Below are positions 1 through 12,329 of a stretch of 64,000 bases of DNA, in pieces (position 1 is the stretch's first letter; every line of letters starts with the position of its first letter). The DNA comes from Takakia lepidozioides (Eukaryota; Plantae; Bryophyta). The DNA lies in the NCBI GenBank assembly GCA_030704615.1, contig CM060732.1, positions 7,874,001 to 7,938,000 on the forward strand, written 5' to 3'. The position numbers and the translations under genes were made by a program. The notes under the pieces were generated by a model. It ran no database searches. It worked only from the letters and a program-made list of their open reading frames with translations, and was not told the origin of the DNA.

Positions 1-3000
1 TGCTGCAGCAGGAGCTTGAGTGGATTTCCCAGCTCCTGTACCACTTGTCCCACTACTAGTGCTTGTAGTTGGAGATGTTTGTGTAGATGCTGGTGTCGCC
101 GCTGCCCTTGTGCCTCTAGTGATGGAGACATAGTTAGGTGACCAATACTCTCGCCACTCCTCAATCTCCACCGCATGTCCCCGCCTAAATTCATGGTAAT
201 CATCCATGGGCGGCCCCTCAAGGTACTGGAATAGCCCCTTCCATGCCATAAAGGGCGTAAACAGTTGTGGATTGCGCATTTGTTGCAAATCACACCAACT
301 GTCAAACTCTTGTATGAAGTCATCAAGCTTGATGGTGCCCACAGCTCCAGAGTACCTACGTGGCCCCTTGGTAGCTCCATACATCTCCTCCATTGCGTCC
401 CACAACAATGGCACGGAAATGACTTGCACCCTCGGCGAGAATCCTCCTGACTCTTCCTCAAAAGACACTGAAGGTGAAGGTGGCCTAAACCGCGCACCTC
501 ATCTTGTGTACCCACTAGTATTGCTAGTGTTCGTACCGGCACTCCCCTCAGCAACTGGTGGCACCTCCATGATGAAAACTCACAACCCAACCGGTTGTCA
601 ACCTGTCTCTAATCCCACTTTCTACAAGGTAACCGGGTAGAGAACCTGTTGCGGCCTATGGCTTAGACTAGTACTACGTTCGTAACATAAACCTACACCT
701 GCACCTGCATCCACCACAAGCACTCATATGGTCTGCTGGTCATCAACCCAGCCTCACCATAAGAGAAACAATGATGGTCTGACTGGTCATCACCCTAGCC
801 TCACCACCGACAGCATGCTCTAGGATTGGCCGGTGATCAAATCCGGACCAACCTCCTATGAAAACAAGCGCCCATACAAAACTGACATGGCGCACAGTCA
901 AGCATGCAGGTGTGGGGGGGAACCAAACACAAGAAAATCAAGACAGTAACTCCCCCACTCCAAAAAAAACACTTCACAGTGTCGCTCCTGCAAGGACACC
1001 CCAGCCCAAACCCGGACTGACTCTTGCCTCCACATACGGAAAGGTTTTGGCCTACATTAATCCCAGAATGCTCTCATCCCACTAGTCTCCCCCTATCTCT
1101 AAACGCTCTTGCTCATGACCAACAGACAAAACTACCTTCCAGGGTCTCTCAAATAACTCTCCAAGAGCCCTCAAGATGTCTCTCAAACAATCTCACTAAG
1201 GCCCCCAAAGCCTGCCAAATCTTGGCCCTCAAGGACCCCAAAAAGTCCTTCAGACAAGTCGCCAAAGACTCCTTAAGCTCGCCAAATATTAGCCTCCAAT
1301 GAACCCAAAATAGTCCTCCAAATTAGCCCTCCAAAGGCTCCAAATGTTTGCCAAATATTGGTCTTCAAGGACCCCCAATAGTCCTCCAAACAGTCCTCCA
1401 AGCACCCCTTCAAGAGCTCTTCAAGTGTCTTACAAAAGCTCCTCAAAGGACCCCCCAAAGATCCTCCAAAGGCAATACTCCTCCAGATACACCCTAGATG
1501 TCATACACTTTTAATGAAAACGTATGGTAGGCAAAGTATCTCCACTTGTATCCATACCTTGTTCACAAAAAAGTATGGTGGGGCAGAGGGAGCCCATACA
1601 CTGTTCAAAAAAACGTATGTTGGGCAGAGGGGGCCCATACACTGTTCACAAAGTGTATGTTGGGCAGAGGGGTTCCATACACTGTTCACAAAAGAGTATG
1701 ATGGGCAGAGGGAGCCTATACCCAGTTTCTTGAAGAGTATGGAGACTAGGGTTTGTAGAGTATAGTAAGAAACACCTTCTTCATGGTATCTTCCCCCCTA
1801 ACATGCATGCAAGATTGCATTATCTTACTTTGCAATGCATTTATCCTCTTGATCTCCTTGGAACTCATAGCAAGCTAATGTGCCCAATGACAAGCGCCAA
1901 GCCTTGGTTGAATTTGAATTTTGTATGCCAACTTCCATGTGCTTTCCCTTGCATGGGCTAGTCACACACACTTCCACCTCTTGACCTAGGTGTTCTCTTC
2001 ATTCATCATAATGTGTATCCACACCTCTACTCAAGAGCTGCTCTTCTCAAACTTGAAGTCACAAGCCCTAAAGAGCATGCTCCACATACGCATCACTTGC
2101 TTGATCAACCATTCACCACAAAACTTAAGCAAAAAGGGAATGAATACATGAGCTTCACCTTCCCCTTCCTTGTCTTGTCACATGCTAATGTATGGTTGAA
2201 GTTGCTATGCATGTCGTGAGCCACAATCTCCTTTATTCATGAAGACCACCTCCAATGATCTCCCACATGTGCTCCAAGCTCTTCAATACTTTAGGCTTGG
2301 TTTCACATCATCATGGATAGAATTCTCACCCACATGCTTCCATTTGGAGTCATCTTGAGCTTCTTGATGCTCTCCAAGTGGTTGCTTTTGTTGTCTTCAA
2401 GCCCTAGCCTATGTAGCTCCTTGGCTTTTCTTCCACAACATGCACCACCTCATACACAAGGAATGAACTTGCTCACTTCACCTTCTAGCTCTCCTCAAGC
2501 TTGAATTGGAAGCCACACTTGGAAAGCATGCTCCACACATGCGCCACTCGCTTGGTCAATCACTTGCTTCACCAAGAGCAATCCAAGAACTCATAGAACT
2601 AGCAAAAGCACTCCCTTCTAGCGTCGCCTTCGCTTGCTTGTTTGTCAACCAAATGAAACCCTACTTGGCTTCATTTCACCATGGATAGAACAACCACTTC
2701 TTAGCTTCTCTTGAGCTACTCAATGCTCCTCAAGCTACCCTTGTTGTACTCCTTCTATGGTGTTTCCAACCCAAGCATGTGCCGCTCTTTGGCTTCTCTT
2801 TCACACCATGAACAAGTACTAAAGCTTGCTCTTGAAACCCTAGTGTTTATCTTCTCCACACACAAGACGCTTCTCTTGTGATGCAAGAGCTCTTTTCCAA
2901 GCTCTCAAACACTTAGTGCACATACAAACACTTACCTTGCAAAACCATGCAAGCTTTGTGATACAAGAGCTCTCTCCTTAAGCTCTCCACCTTTGCAAAG

Positions 3001-3281
3001 TCTTGTAACTCAAGAGCTCTCTCCTTGAGCTCTCCACCTCTTTGATGCAATGCAAAAACACTCCTCTTTGCAACACCTTGCAAGCCTTGTGAGATACTTG
3101 AGCTTTCCTAGCTCTCTCACTCCTTGGTGTATACCAACACAAGTGCTAAAACTAATCCTTACACTCCGCACTCACAAGCATAAGGTGATCTTCTTGTAGT
3201 GATAATGGAGGTGAACACACAATGGAAACACTCCACTCATGAATCCACTCAATCACATAAACTAAGTCAAGTCAAGGGCAC
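1..3281 (-). mobile_element. Ty3/gypsy DNMT-family copy 1: gag N-terminus plus 5' leader/LTR-like region (continues beyond left edge of window)
   Basis: 1-~1090 is the reverse complement of the 5730-6800 region of copy 2 (gag ...MDDYHEFRRGH..., conserved leader); gag ATG at ~570. 1100-3281 is C/T-rich repetitive leader. Its pol region is outside the window, so its DNMT is not seen. Confidence 0.8.
1553..1725. repeat. ~40-bp tandem repeat, ~4 copies (GTATGTTGGGCAGAGGGGGCCCATACACTGTTCACAAA-like)
   Basis: Read directly from sequence. Confidence 0.85.
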
Positions 3282-3634
3282 TGTCAAGTTAAATAAACAC
3301 AGTGTGAAACTAACTAGAATAAATCTAGTTATTTGTATTCAACACTTGGAATTAGTTCAAGTGTTGAGTCAGGTGTCAATTTTAGCTTGACACCTGAACC
3401 ATCTTATCTTCACGAGCTCGTTAGTCGTGCGGCTCAGCTCTCTCGAGTTGAGCCTGCACGACCGAACTCCCTCGTTGCTTAGCATCTTAGTGTACTTATG
3501 GAGGGAGAGTAGGATGTTGTGGGGTGGAGTCCCCATAGCTTGGGGTGCCCCTGGTTTGACTCTTATTTTAACGAGTGAGTATATTGTATTTCGTGTTTTG
3601 TGTCAACAGCCAGTGGAGTTTAGTTTACATATCA
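3282..3634 (+). repeat. 5' terminal repeat B (353 bp, TGTCAAG...CATATCA)
   Basis: Direct repeat of 13913-14087, which lacks ~178 bp of the interior; contains four stem-loops. Confidence 0.9.
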
Positions 3635-3650
3635 CTCGAGAGAGATGAGC
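3635..3650 (+). promoter_or_regulatory. Putative self-priming primer-binding site
   Basis: CTCGAGAGAGATGAGC is 15/16 complementary to 3432-3447 inside the 5' repeat; no tRNA-type TGG PBS. Confidence 0.6.
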
Positions 3651-6300
3651 TTGTATCTGTGAGTGCAGGATATGAGTTTAGTTTTAGCACTTGTGGTTTT
3701 GGTTTTGAAGCCTGTGATAGCAAGGTTGTAGAGATTACCGACATTCAGGTACTCCGTATAGTTAGATGGAACATTTTTAAGCGATTAAGAAGGAGCGGTG
3801 ATTGTTGTACAGCCGCCACCGCTTGGTCACGGAAGTTGTTGTCGTATCAACTAGCTTATCATGTTCAATGCTAGCGATCTTTTGTGGTTGACTAGTGGAT
3901 GTCGAGCCGTTATGGTAGCAGAACTAGATATGTGTATTTGATGCTACAAGGTGGAGCATGAACGTGGCCAAGGGTACTGGCCGTTTGGTGGATATACGCA
4001 CATATTTTTCGCTATGTGGCATGTCGATGTTGCTTGCTCTGGTTGGATCAGCTGCCCTTGGAGCTATCATTGTCATTTAATCATGACTGTAGGCACAAGG
4101 CCAGAGGTCGATGGTTGCTGCTCGGTAAGTTGGTGAAAATCTCGTAGGTATTTTGTTTTCATAAAATATTGCGAACGCTGGATCACCTGGCCGGATACCC
4201 GATTGGCAGCAAATATCATAGTCATTGCATATCGGGGCATTCATAAATTTACGAAGAAAGGGGCAGCCCGCGAGCAGTGGGGATTATCGTGGGTTAAGGT
4301 GGCTGGCCGTAGTGTTGGACGATACTCCGGGTGCAAGAATTCTCTTGCTCAGATGGGTTTGGGCAAGAAGAGGAGCTGCCACGATTATTTCCCTGCAAAT
4401 GGAAAAGATGAGGTTGAACTAAGCACTGCCGCTGATCCAGGTTGTGAAATAAGCTGGAAAATTGGAAGTCATCGAGCAATTCTGATCAGGATACGATTTG
4501 TGAACACGGTCCTTGCATTGCCTCAATCGTTTCTGTTTTATGGGTTTCGACTTTGATATTTGCTGGTGCTAGGAGATGGGTGTTTCTCAAGTACGAGGGT
4601 GTCAAGGTGGGAGTTAACAAATCAGAAAACCTCTGTAGGCAAGAGTCGTGGCATGGGTGTCCCTAGATGGAAGCCTAGTGGGCGATCACAGCTCCATGGG
4701 ATTGTAGTGGTTCTGCATTTTAGCATTTTGACTGTGAGAGAGATAATTACCTGCATCAGGGTAGTTTCAGAATGGAATGATTTATAAGCTGAAAGCCAAT
4801 GAAGGCGATTGAAGATTTGAATGAGGGCACGAAGCCAGTACCTGTGGATCCTGCGTAGTTGAGATTCGTCAATCGCTGGTTCCCATGATGTCAGGGCAAA
4901 CTTGAGTGTTTGTAGCGACATGCACCATCCCTACGGTGGCAGAGAACGGATGGGGGCCGTGGTGATGGTGGGGCTTTGTTGATCAGCTAGGGCTGTCTAG
5001 ATATGATCAGATGTGGGGGCAGCTCATCGATCGTCGAAGACATGAGATTTTGAGTGTGATAATTAGAGGCTGGTCGACGAAGAAGTCAGATTTTCAGAGC
5101 CGTTGGTGTTAGCAACAGGGACAGAAACGGGCTGGATCATAGCAGGCATTGGAGAAATGAACCTGAGAATATGGGCCCTAGAGCTACAATGGTGTTACAT
5201 CTCCAATGGGAGTTAATCCGTAGATGTGATCTGCAGCGACGGTGGAAGTGACGGTGAAATCAGAGGAGAGCAGTATACTGGGAACCAAGAGCAAGCCTGT
5301 GGTGGTGTGTTTGTAAACACAAATGAAATCCTGGGAATTATAGTCCACGCTGCCAATGAGTCTGTGAGAACTACATGAACATGTTTGGAACCCGTAGATA
5401 ACCTGGGAGCAGCTTTTAAAATGGCGAGAACGTTTGGGTGTTTATAATTTTATTTATTTATTTTTAAACTTTCTTTTATTTAATTTAAATTGTGTAGCGC
5501 CTAGTTGGTCATATCTTTGTCAAATAAGCTCAGTTTCACGTAGTTTTTGGGGGGATAGCTGCAGAAAGGTTTTAGTTTTTTGGACCTGACCAAAAATCTA
5601 TAGAATTTTTCTAATGTAAATTAGATCCTCCCCACATCTATTTGAGGTCTATTGAAGAAGCTGTTTCAAGTCAGGGATGATCACTTAACTTTCTATTTGT
5701 AACACACTTGTTACTCTTTGATATTAGTGTATGGCTAGAGAGGAAATGGAGAGTGTCAGGATGAGGGCATGCTGGGGTTAGGAATTGCTTTAGTCTCTCC
5801 TCCCCATAGCTTTCCACCCTCTCGGTAGGCCAAAACCTTTCCATAGGTGGAGGCAAGAGTCAGTCCGAGTTTTTGGGCTGGGGTATTCTGCAGGAGTAGC
5901 ACTTCAGATGGATTTTGGTGTGGGGGTGTTGATGTTTTGATTTCTTGTGTTTGGATCCCCCCCAACACCTGCATGCTTGACTGTGCGCCATGTTGGTTTT
6001 GTGTGGGCGCTTGCTTTCATAGGGATTAGGCCGGATTTGATCACCGGTCAATCCTAGAGTATGTTGTCGGTGGTGAGGCTGGAGTGATGACCAACAAGAC
6101 CACCAGTGTTTCTTCTATGGTGAGACTGGGTTGATGACCAACCAACCATAGGAGTTCTTGCGGTGGCTGCAGGTGCAGGTGCCCTGAGCCACTAGGATAT
6201 GACCCTTAAACCGCAACAGGTGCCCACCCATGTCACTATTAGAATTAGTACTAGAGCCTTATAGTGTCACGTGGGGGAGGTGCGGGTTGTGAGTGTCATC

Positions 6301-8118
6301 ACGGAGTTACCCAAGGGTTTTGAGGGGAGTACGGCTACAGGCAGTAGCAGTGAGAGTGGGTTCTCAAGACGAGGTGTTCGGTTCTGACCACCTTCACCTC
6401 CACCCTCAACTAGTGTAGAGTCTGACACAGACTCGGAGGCTTCATCAACAGGTGTGAAATTTTCTTTGCCATTATTGTGGGACGACATGGAGGAGATGTA
6501 TGGAGCTACTAAGGGGCCTCGTAGGTACTCTGGAGCTGTGGGCACAATCGAGCTGGATGACTTTATCCAGGAGTTCGACAGCTGGTGTGATTTGTAGCAG
6601 ATGCGCAATCCACAGCTGTTCACCCCATTCATGGCGTGGAAGGGACTGTTCCAGCATTTGGAAGGCCCGCCTATGGATGATTACCACGAGTTCAGGCGAG
6701 GACATGAAGCAGAAATTGAGGAGTGGTGGATATATTGGTCACCTGACTATGTCTCCATTACTCGAGGCACGACACGACCAGTAGCTGCATCAGCACCAAT
6801 ATCTCTCACTGCCAGCACTAGTAGTGGAACAAGTAGTGCTGGTACTTTTGCAGGTGGTACCAGTTCAAAAGGTGCTACTACTCCTCCTGCCACGACTACA
6901 ACATATGTGCCTAGATTCAACCCGGTGGTGGAGTTCTTCCAGGAGTTGCGGAGGAACTACCAAGGCGTACGGACAGAGAAGCTGCAAAGTTTGCAAGACT
7001 TCCAGCGTAAATCCAGTGAGAGCTTGCGCGAGGCCTACACTCGTATGAGGCGCTTGTTAAGTGTGACGCAAGAGGTTACTGAAGCTCATGCAGTCCAGTT
7101 CTGGTATGGAATTTTGGACAAGGAGCTCAGGAGAAGGGTGCGGGATGCAACCTTGTTACAAGCGGCCCACCCCACATTAGCAGATGTGTTTCTGCTGGCT
7201 GAGCGGATTGAGCTCAACATGGTGGAGGAGCGAGTTGTTACCATTGGATTTGGCAAAGACATGCCTACACGAGGTGCAGCTGCCAGCCAACAGGCACAAG
7301 GGACTGCCCAACAGCGTGGTCAGGGGGGCAAGGTTGCCCAACCCAAATTCCATGGAGCTTATAGGGGACCTCAGGTGCAGAGGCCAGTAGCTTCTTTTGC
7401 AGGCCAACAACAACCAGGGGTGGTATGTTGGACATGTGGAGGACCCCATGTCAAGAAAGATTGCCCAGAGAGTGGCAAAGGGCTGGCACAAGCACAGCCT
7501 GCACAGTTGCAGTGTGGGCATTGTGGCAAGTATGGGCATAGAGATGCCCAGTGTTATGGCTTGCACCCTGAGTTGCGGCGAGGCCAGTTCCAAGGGAACA
7601 ACGGTGGCCAAGGGCAAGGTGGAGCACCTCAGAGAGGACAAGGTGGTCAGGCACGAGGTGCAGGACAAGGGCAAGCACAATTTGGCCAAGGACGTGGAGG
7701 TCAGGGCGTTGACCAAGGCATGGCCAACCGGCTTCAGCAGCTAGAGCAAAGGCTTGCTGCCATGGCCGCAGCTCAGGTGGTACCAGCTCCAAGACCTGAG
7801 GGACCACCTCCTGTTCCTCCTCAGCAGCGTCATCCTGACGGAGGAGACATGGGAGGCATGGGATTTATGTGTGGGGCAGCACTACCACTAGTGCAGGTGG
7901 AGTCTGCTGCAGCCGTCACTCGAGGAGCAGCACGAGTTCCTGAGCCACGAGGTGCGGAGGTGGAGTTGGATCCACAGCATGGGGAGGCAAGCCGTCAGGC
8001 TAGGTTGCCTCAATCATTCATCTTGGCGGAGACAGTGTCGACAACATCCATGACACCTAGTTCTCGCCCGACGGATATCGAAGCAGAGGCCGTTATTGTG
8101 ATACACGTGCAGCACTGA
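6301..8118 (+). pseudogene. gag with two zinc knuckles and Gly/Gln-rich linker
   Basis: CWTCGGPHVKKDC and CGHCGKYGHRDAQC; retrotransposon gag-like LQDFQRKSSESLREAYTRMRRL; in-frame stops upstream of 6601; frameshift near 8100 (read through in copy 3). Confidence 0.85.
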
Positions 8119-8147
8119 CACCTGCTGCCAAGGCTAGTGCAGCCAGT

Positions 8148-9182
8148 GTGTTGTTGGGGGCGGCCACCTCTGTGTGTCAGGCCCCACTGTTCTCGGCAAC
8201 CATGATTACAACGCCGGGGGTAAGACTAGTTGCAGTGTTCAGACTAGTAGCAACACTCTGCGAGAGTAAGGAGGTCACTTCATCTTCTGCGGAGTTAGTG
8301 GAAGGTATAATGACAGAGGGATCCTCGGATTTGAGGGTCAAGACTGCCACGGCTACGCCATGGCAAGCTGCAGCTGCCAGGTTGATGGAGCTGCCAGCTA
8401 GGCCAGCCTTTGAGCGCGCCATGGTGACACCTGGAGTTGTCTTGTTAGACAACCAGGATGACATTTTCTCTTTGAGTGGACCAACAGACAAGAGGTACCG
8501 GCCACTGCGGGTCTTGTTGGACTCGGGAGCTCAGTCACTGATGCTGGGTAGAGCTGCTATTGCAGGTTTGGGCCTCATGGAGGCAAATATCGAGCTTTGT
8601 CTTTTCCAGATACAGACATCTCTGGGAGGATCAGAGCAGGCTCGGGGCATGACACGGCCTGAGTTGGCCATTAGACTACGGCCGGATCATCCTATAGATG
8701 GCTCAGTGATGCAAGCCAAGGCCATTGTGACAGACGCGGTCTCTTACGATGTCCTCGTTGGTGGGGCAGTGTTGTATCACATGGGCTTCACCCTGGATTT
8801 TTGGGAGGAGTCAGCATCCTACAGGCCTGGATGGCAGTCAGGGGATGGTCGTCGTGTACAGCTCCATATGACATTCATTGGGGGTTTTGTTGCTGCCCAG
8901 CGGGGCAAGATGCCAACACTAGCAGCCTTCACAGCTGCAGTTAGTTGGCCTGGAGAGTTGCTGGAGGGCAATGTCCATGTAGAGGATGTGCCACCTCCAG
9001 CAAAGCAGGATGACATGCATGGTACGGCGGAGTTGCCTGCCATGGTTGCTCACACTCCATTGTGGGGTACGAGCAAGGATTTGCAGCATGCTGCTGATAG
9101 ACGGGTGCAACAAGCCTGGGTAGAGGCATTTGTACCGTCAGGAGATGAGGAGAGTGCGGTGATTGCACCAGGACCATCTTAG
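8148..9182 (+). pseudogene. Aspartic protease region of polyprotein
   Basis: RVLLDSGA catalytic motif and downstream YDVLVG; TAG at 9180 corresponds to CAG in copy 3. Confidence 0.85.
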
Positions 9183-9233
9183 TTGTCGCCGTTGGACACC
9201 ACACCTCTTGTGTGGCAGTGCCCGGATGAAGGC

Positions 9234-10180
9234 ATATGCCTTCTGGACTTGTTTGGCGGGATCAGTACTGGATTGGCTGCAGTGCTGCAGACAAGTATAC
9301 GAGTTCGACGTTACCTGTATGTGGAGAGGGATGAGACTGCACGACGCATCTCACTACGCCATATTGCTCAGTTGGTACAACAGTACCCTGATTTGTTGCC
9401 AGTGTCTGCAGTTCGTGGATACCAACAAGCCTTGCCAGCAGACATCTCTTTGTTGGGGGCGCATGATTTGGAGCGGGTTGGCCCTATTCACTTGGTAGTG
9501 GCAGGTTGGCCCTGCCAAGGGCATTCATCAGCCGGACATGGCAATGGGTTACAAGACTCAAGGTCACGCCTGTTTTGGGAGATATTGAGGGTCCTGCACT
9601 ATTTACAGCTTCAATAGACAGACTCTCCGGCATATATCTTGGAGAATGTGCCATTGATGGGTGATTCTCGGGCCAAGGTGATGGCCGGTGTGCATCAAGT
9701 GCTGTCTTGGCTTGGGTTAGCAGTGTTACTGGATGCAGCTGCAGTGGGGTCACGGGCTCATCGCCCACGTCTATGGTGGACCAACTTGATGCCACCCGCA
9801 CTGCTCAAGCGTGCATTTGATGGGGTGCAACGGCCACCTAAGCTGACGGTGGATAGCATTTTGGACATAGGGAGGCAGTCTCAGCGTGTGAGACACGATG
9901 ACCGATCACCTTTGGCAGTGGTCAATAAGGTGGGTCACCCAAAAGCAGCATTGCCTACACTGCTCAGCTTTCCAGGATCTCATGCTTTCCGGGATGGTGG
10001 ACCTGGCCTCTTGTGGGATAGCCAGTTGCAGCAATTAGTGGAGCCCAATGTTGACAAGCGCAAGCGGGCAATGTGTTTTTACCACTCGTACCACCGCGGT
10101 GCCATCTCTTTCTGAGGCATCACGTCGTCAAGTGTTGGGGCAAGCAATGGATCTCAATTGCTTGACCTGGATTATCAGCT
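9234..10180 (+). pseudogene. DNMT3-like C5-cytosine DNA methyltransferase domain in frame with pol
   Basis: Motif I LDLFGGISTG, II YVERD, III ADI, IV GPIHLVVAGWPCQ, V GLQDSRSRLFWE, VI YILENV, VIII AHRPRLWWTNL, IX ERER-MGFP (intact in the 38944 fragment), X RRQVLGQAMD. One internal TAG (9615) and a frameshift near 10080. Confidence 0.92.
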
Positions 10181-10659
10181 TGGCTATGGCTGAGCAGCGC
10201 AGAGTACGGAGTACACTTCCCTTGATAGTCTCTCTACCTACCAAGATGGTACAGGCAGCGAGTGGGGGCGAACAGATGAGGACCACGAGGTGCAGGCCGC
10301 ATCCATGACACACGTGGGAGGTGCTCGAGGTTCAGAGGGAGTTGGCAGCCAAGGCGGCGGTGATGGATGAGGTTGGGGATTTTTCTCGGGTTGAGGAGGT
10401 CCTCAAGGATGAGACGATATGGCAGGATGAGGCATTGTCACTGACAGAGCAGGCAGTGGTGACTCCTCAAGAGGTTGCAGCATAGCAACCACATGACGCG
10501 TCTTCCCTGCTGGACTCAAGGTTGCAGTCACGGAGGACAACTGGGAGCCTGATGTTGGACCCATAGTCACTGGAGGAGAGAGACGACGTATATGGCGGTT
10601 CTTGAGGGCTTATAGGAACTGCTTTGCCTTCAGTTTGAAGGACTTGGGAGCACTGAAGG

Positions 10660-11960
10660 GTCAAGAGATTCGCATTGAATTGGCCACTGACACACCAATC
10701 TTTCGGAGACCCTATAGATACAGTGACATGGAGAGGTCCTTGATTCAGATGAGGACTCAGGACCTCTAGGAGGCTGGTTTGGTGGAGCTCTCTGGTGGAG
10801 AGTATGCTTCAGCCACAGTGATGCCAGCCAAGAAGGATGTCTATGGCAATTGGACGGAGAGACGTATGTGCAGTGATTACCGACCTGTAAATCGTCAGAC
10901 CAAGTCTGATAGGTATGCCATGCCAACACCAGAGGAGATCTTTGATGCCATTGGGCATGCCAAGGTCTTTAGCACTTTGGATTTACGATCCGGATATCAC
11001 CAGTTGCCGATCAAGGAGGCGGATAAGCAGAAGACGACATTATGGGGGATCGCACAGTGCTCATTGCCTATACCAGTGGCGGTTCTTACTATTTGGGCTT
11101 AAGAATGCTCCTGTAGAGTTTCAGAGAGTCATGGATAGGATTCTAGCAGGGGTGGAGTTTGCTCGGTGCTACATAGATGACATCATCATCTTTAGTGCTA
11201 CGGTGGAGGAGCATGAGAAACACCTTCAGGTGGTATTTGAGCGCTTGAGGGCGCACGGATTGAAGTTACATCCAGGGAAGTGCAAGTTTTTCCACAACCA
11301 GATTGAGTATCTGGGGTCACATGATATATCCTGGAGGATTGGGGGTACAACAGACTAAGGTAGAGGCCATTGCACAGATTCCACGCCCCACGGATGTGAG
11401 CCGAGTTCGAGCTTTCATGGAGTTGGCAAACTGGTTTGTCAAGGGATTTAGTGCCATTGCAAAGGCTCTAACCAAGCTTACCAAGGTGGACCAGGCGTGG
11501 CAGTGGGAAGATAAGCAAGAACGAGCTTTTCAAGAGCTCAAGGCGAGGTTGACCTCGGTGCCCATCTCGAGACGACCTATCAGGGGGCATATTTTCAGCT
11601 GCATACAGATTGGAGCATGCTGGGGCTTGGAGCGGTGCTCACACATGTGGATGATGAGGGAAGAGAGATCGTAGTGGCTTATGCTAGCCGCTCGAACAAC
11701 GGTGTAGAGACTAAGTATAGCTCATATGAGAGAGAGTGCTTAGCTGCAGTATGGGCCGTGGCACACTTCAGATGCTATCTATACAACAATCTCTTCACCC
11801 TTCTCACGGATCACCAGCCAGTCAAGTGGTTGATGGAGTCAGACAAGCTTACGGGGAAACTTGCACAGTGGGCACTCATACTTCAAGAGTATGACTTTCA
11901 GGTTGTGCATCGACCGGGTTTGGTCAATCGGGATGCGGATGGGTTGAGTCGCAATCCATG
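10660..11960 (+). pseudogene. Reverse transcriptase and RNase H
   Basis: RMCSDYRPVN, FSTLDLRSGYHQ, FGLKNAP, CYIDDIIIF; RH TDWS-LGLGAVL, YSSYERECLAAVWAV, LLTDHQP, DADGLSR; several frameshifts. Confidence 0.95.
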
Positions 11961-12329
11961 CACGAGCCAGCAGGATGACACTAGAGCTCGGTGGCATGGT
12001 GAGACGGACGAGGAGATGGTGCTCGGATGGCATGCATCTGCATTTCTGTGTATCTTGGCAGCAGAAGGCCAGATTGGACCTACAACAGGGATGACTGTAG
12101 ACCGAGTGTCTGAGGACCCTGAGGCCAGCAATGAGCAAGGTGGCGCCAAAGATATATATGAGGATTCAGCTGTGTTGGACTATCTCCACATTGGAGACAC
12201 GGCAGCCACTGTGACTGCCAAGGAGAGGGATCGGATCCTACAACAAGCCAAGAGGTTCAAGTGGGAGGGGACACACCTGCTCCGAGTGTGGGAGAATGGT
12301 CGAGTGAGGATTGTGCCTCACCCAACACA

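Noticed and set aside
206-640. Plus-strand ORFs here, and similar ORFs at 6267-6632, 7177-7716 and 55536-55850
   Set aside because: Antisense shadows of gag.
9183-10180. Bacterial restriction-modification MTase, contamination, or host DNMT3 gene
   Set aside because: Intronless, in frame between retroviral-type protease and RT, and repeated in a second element copy.
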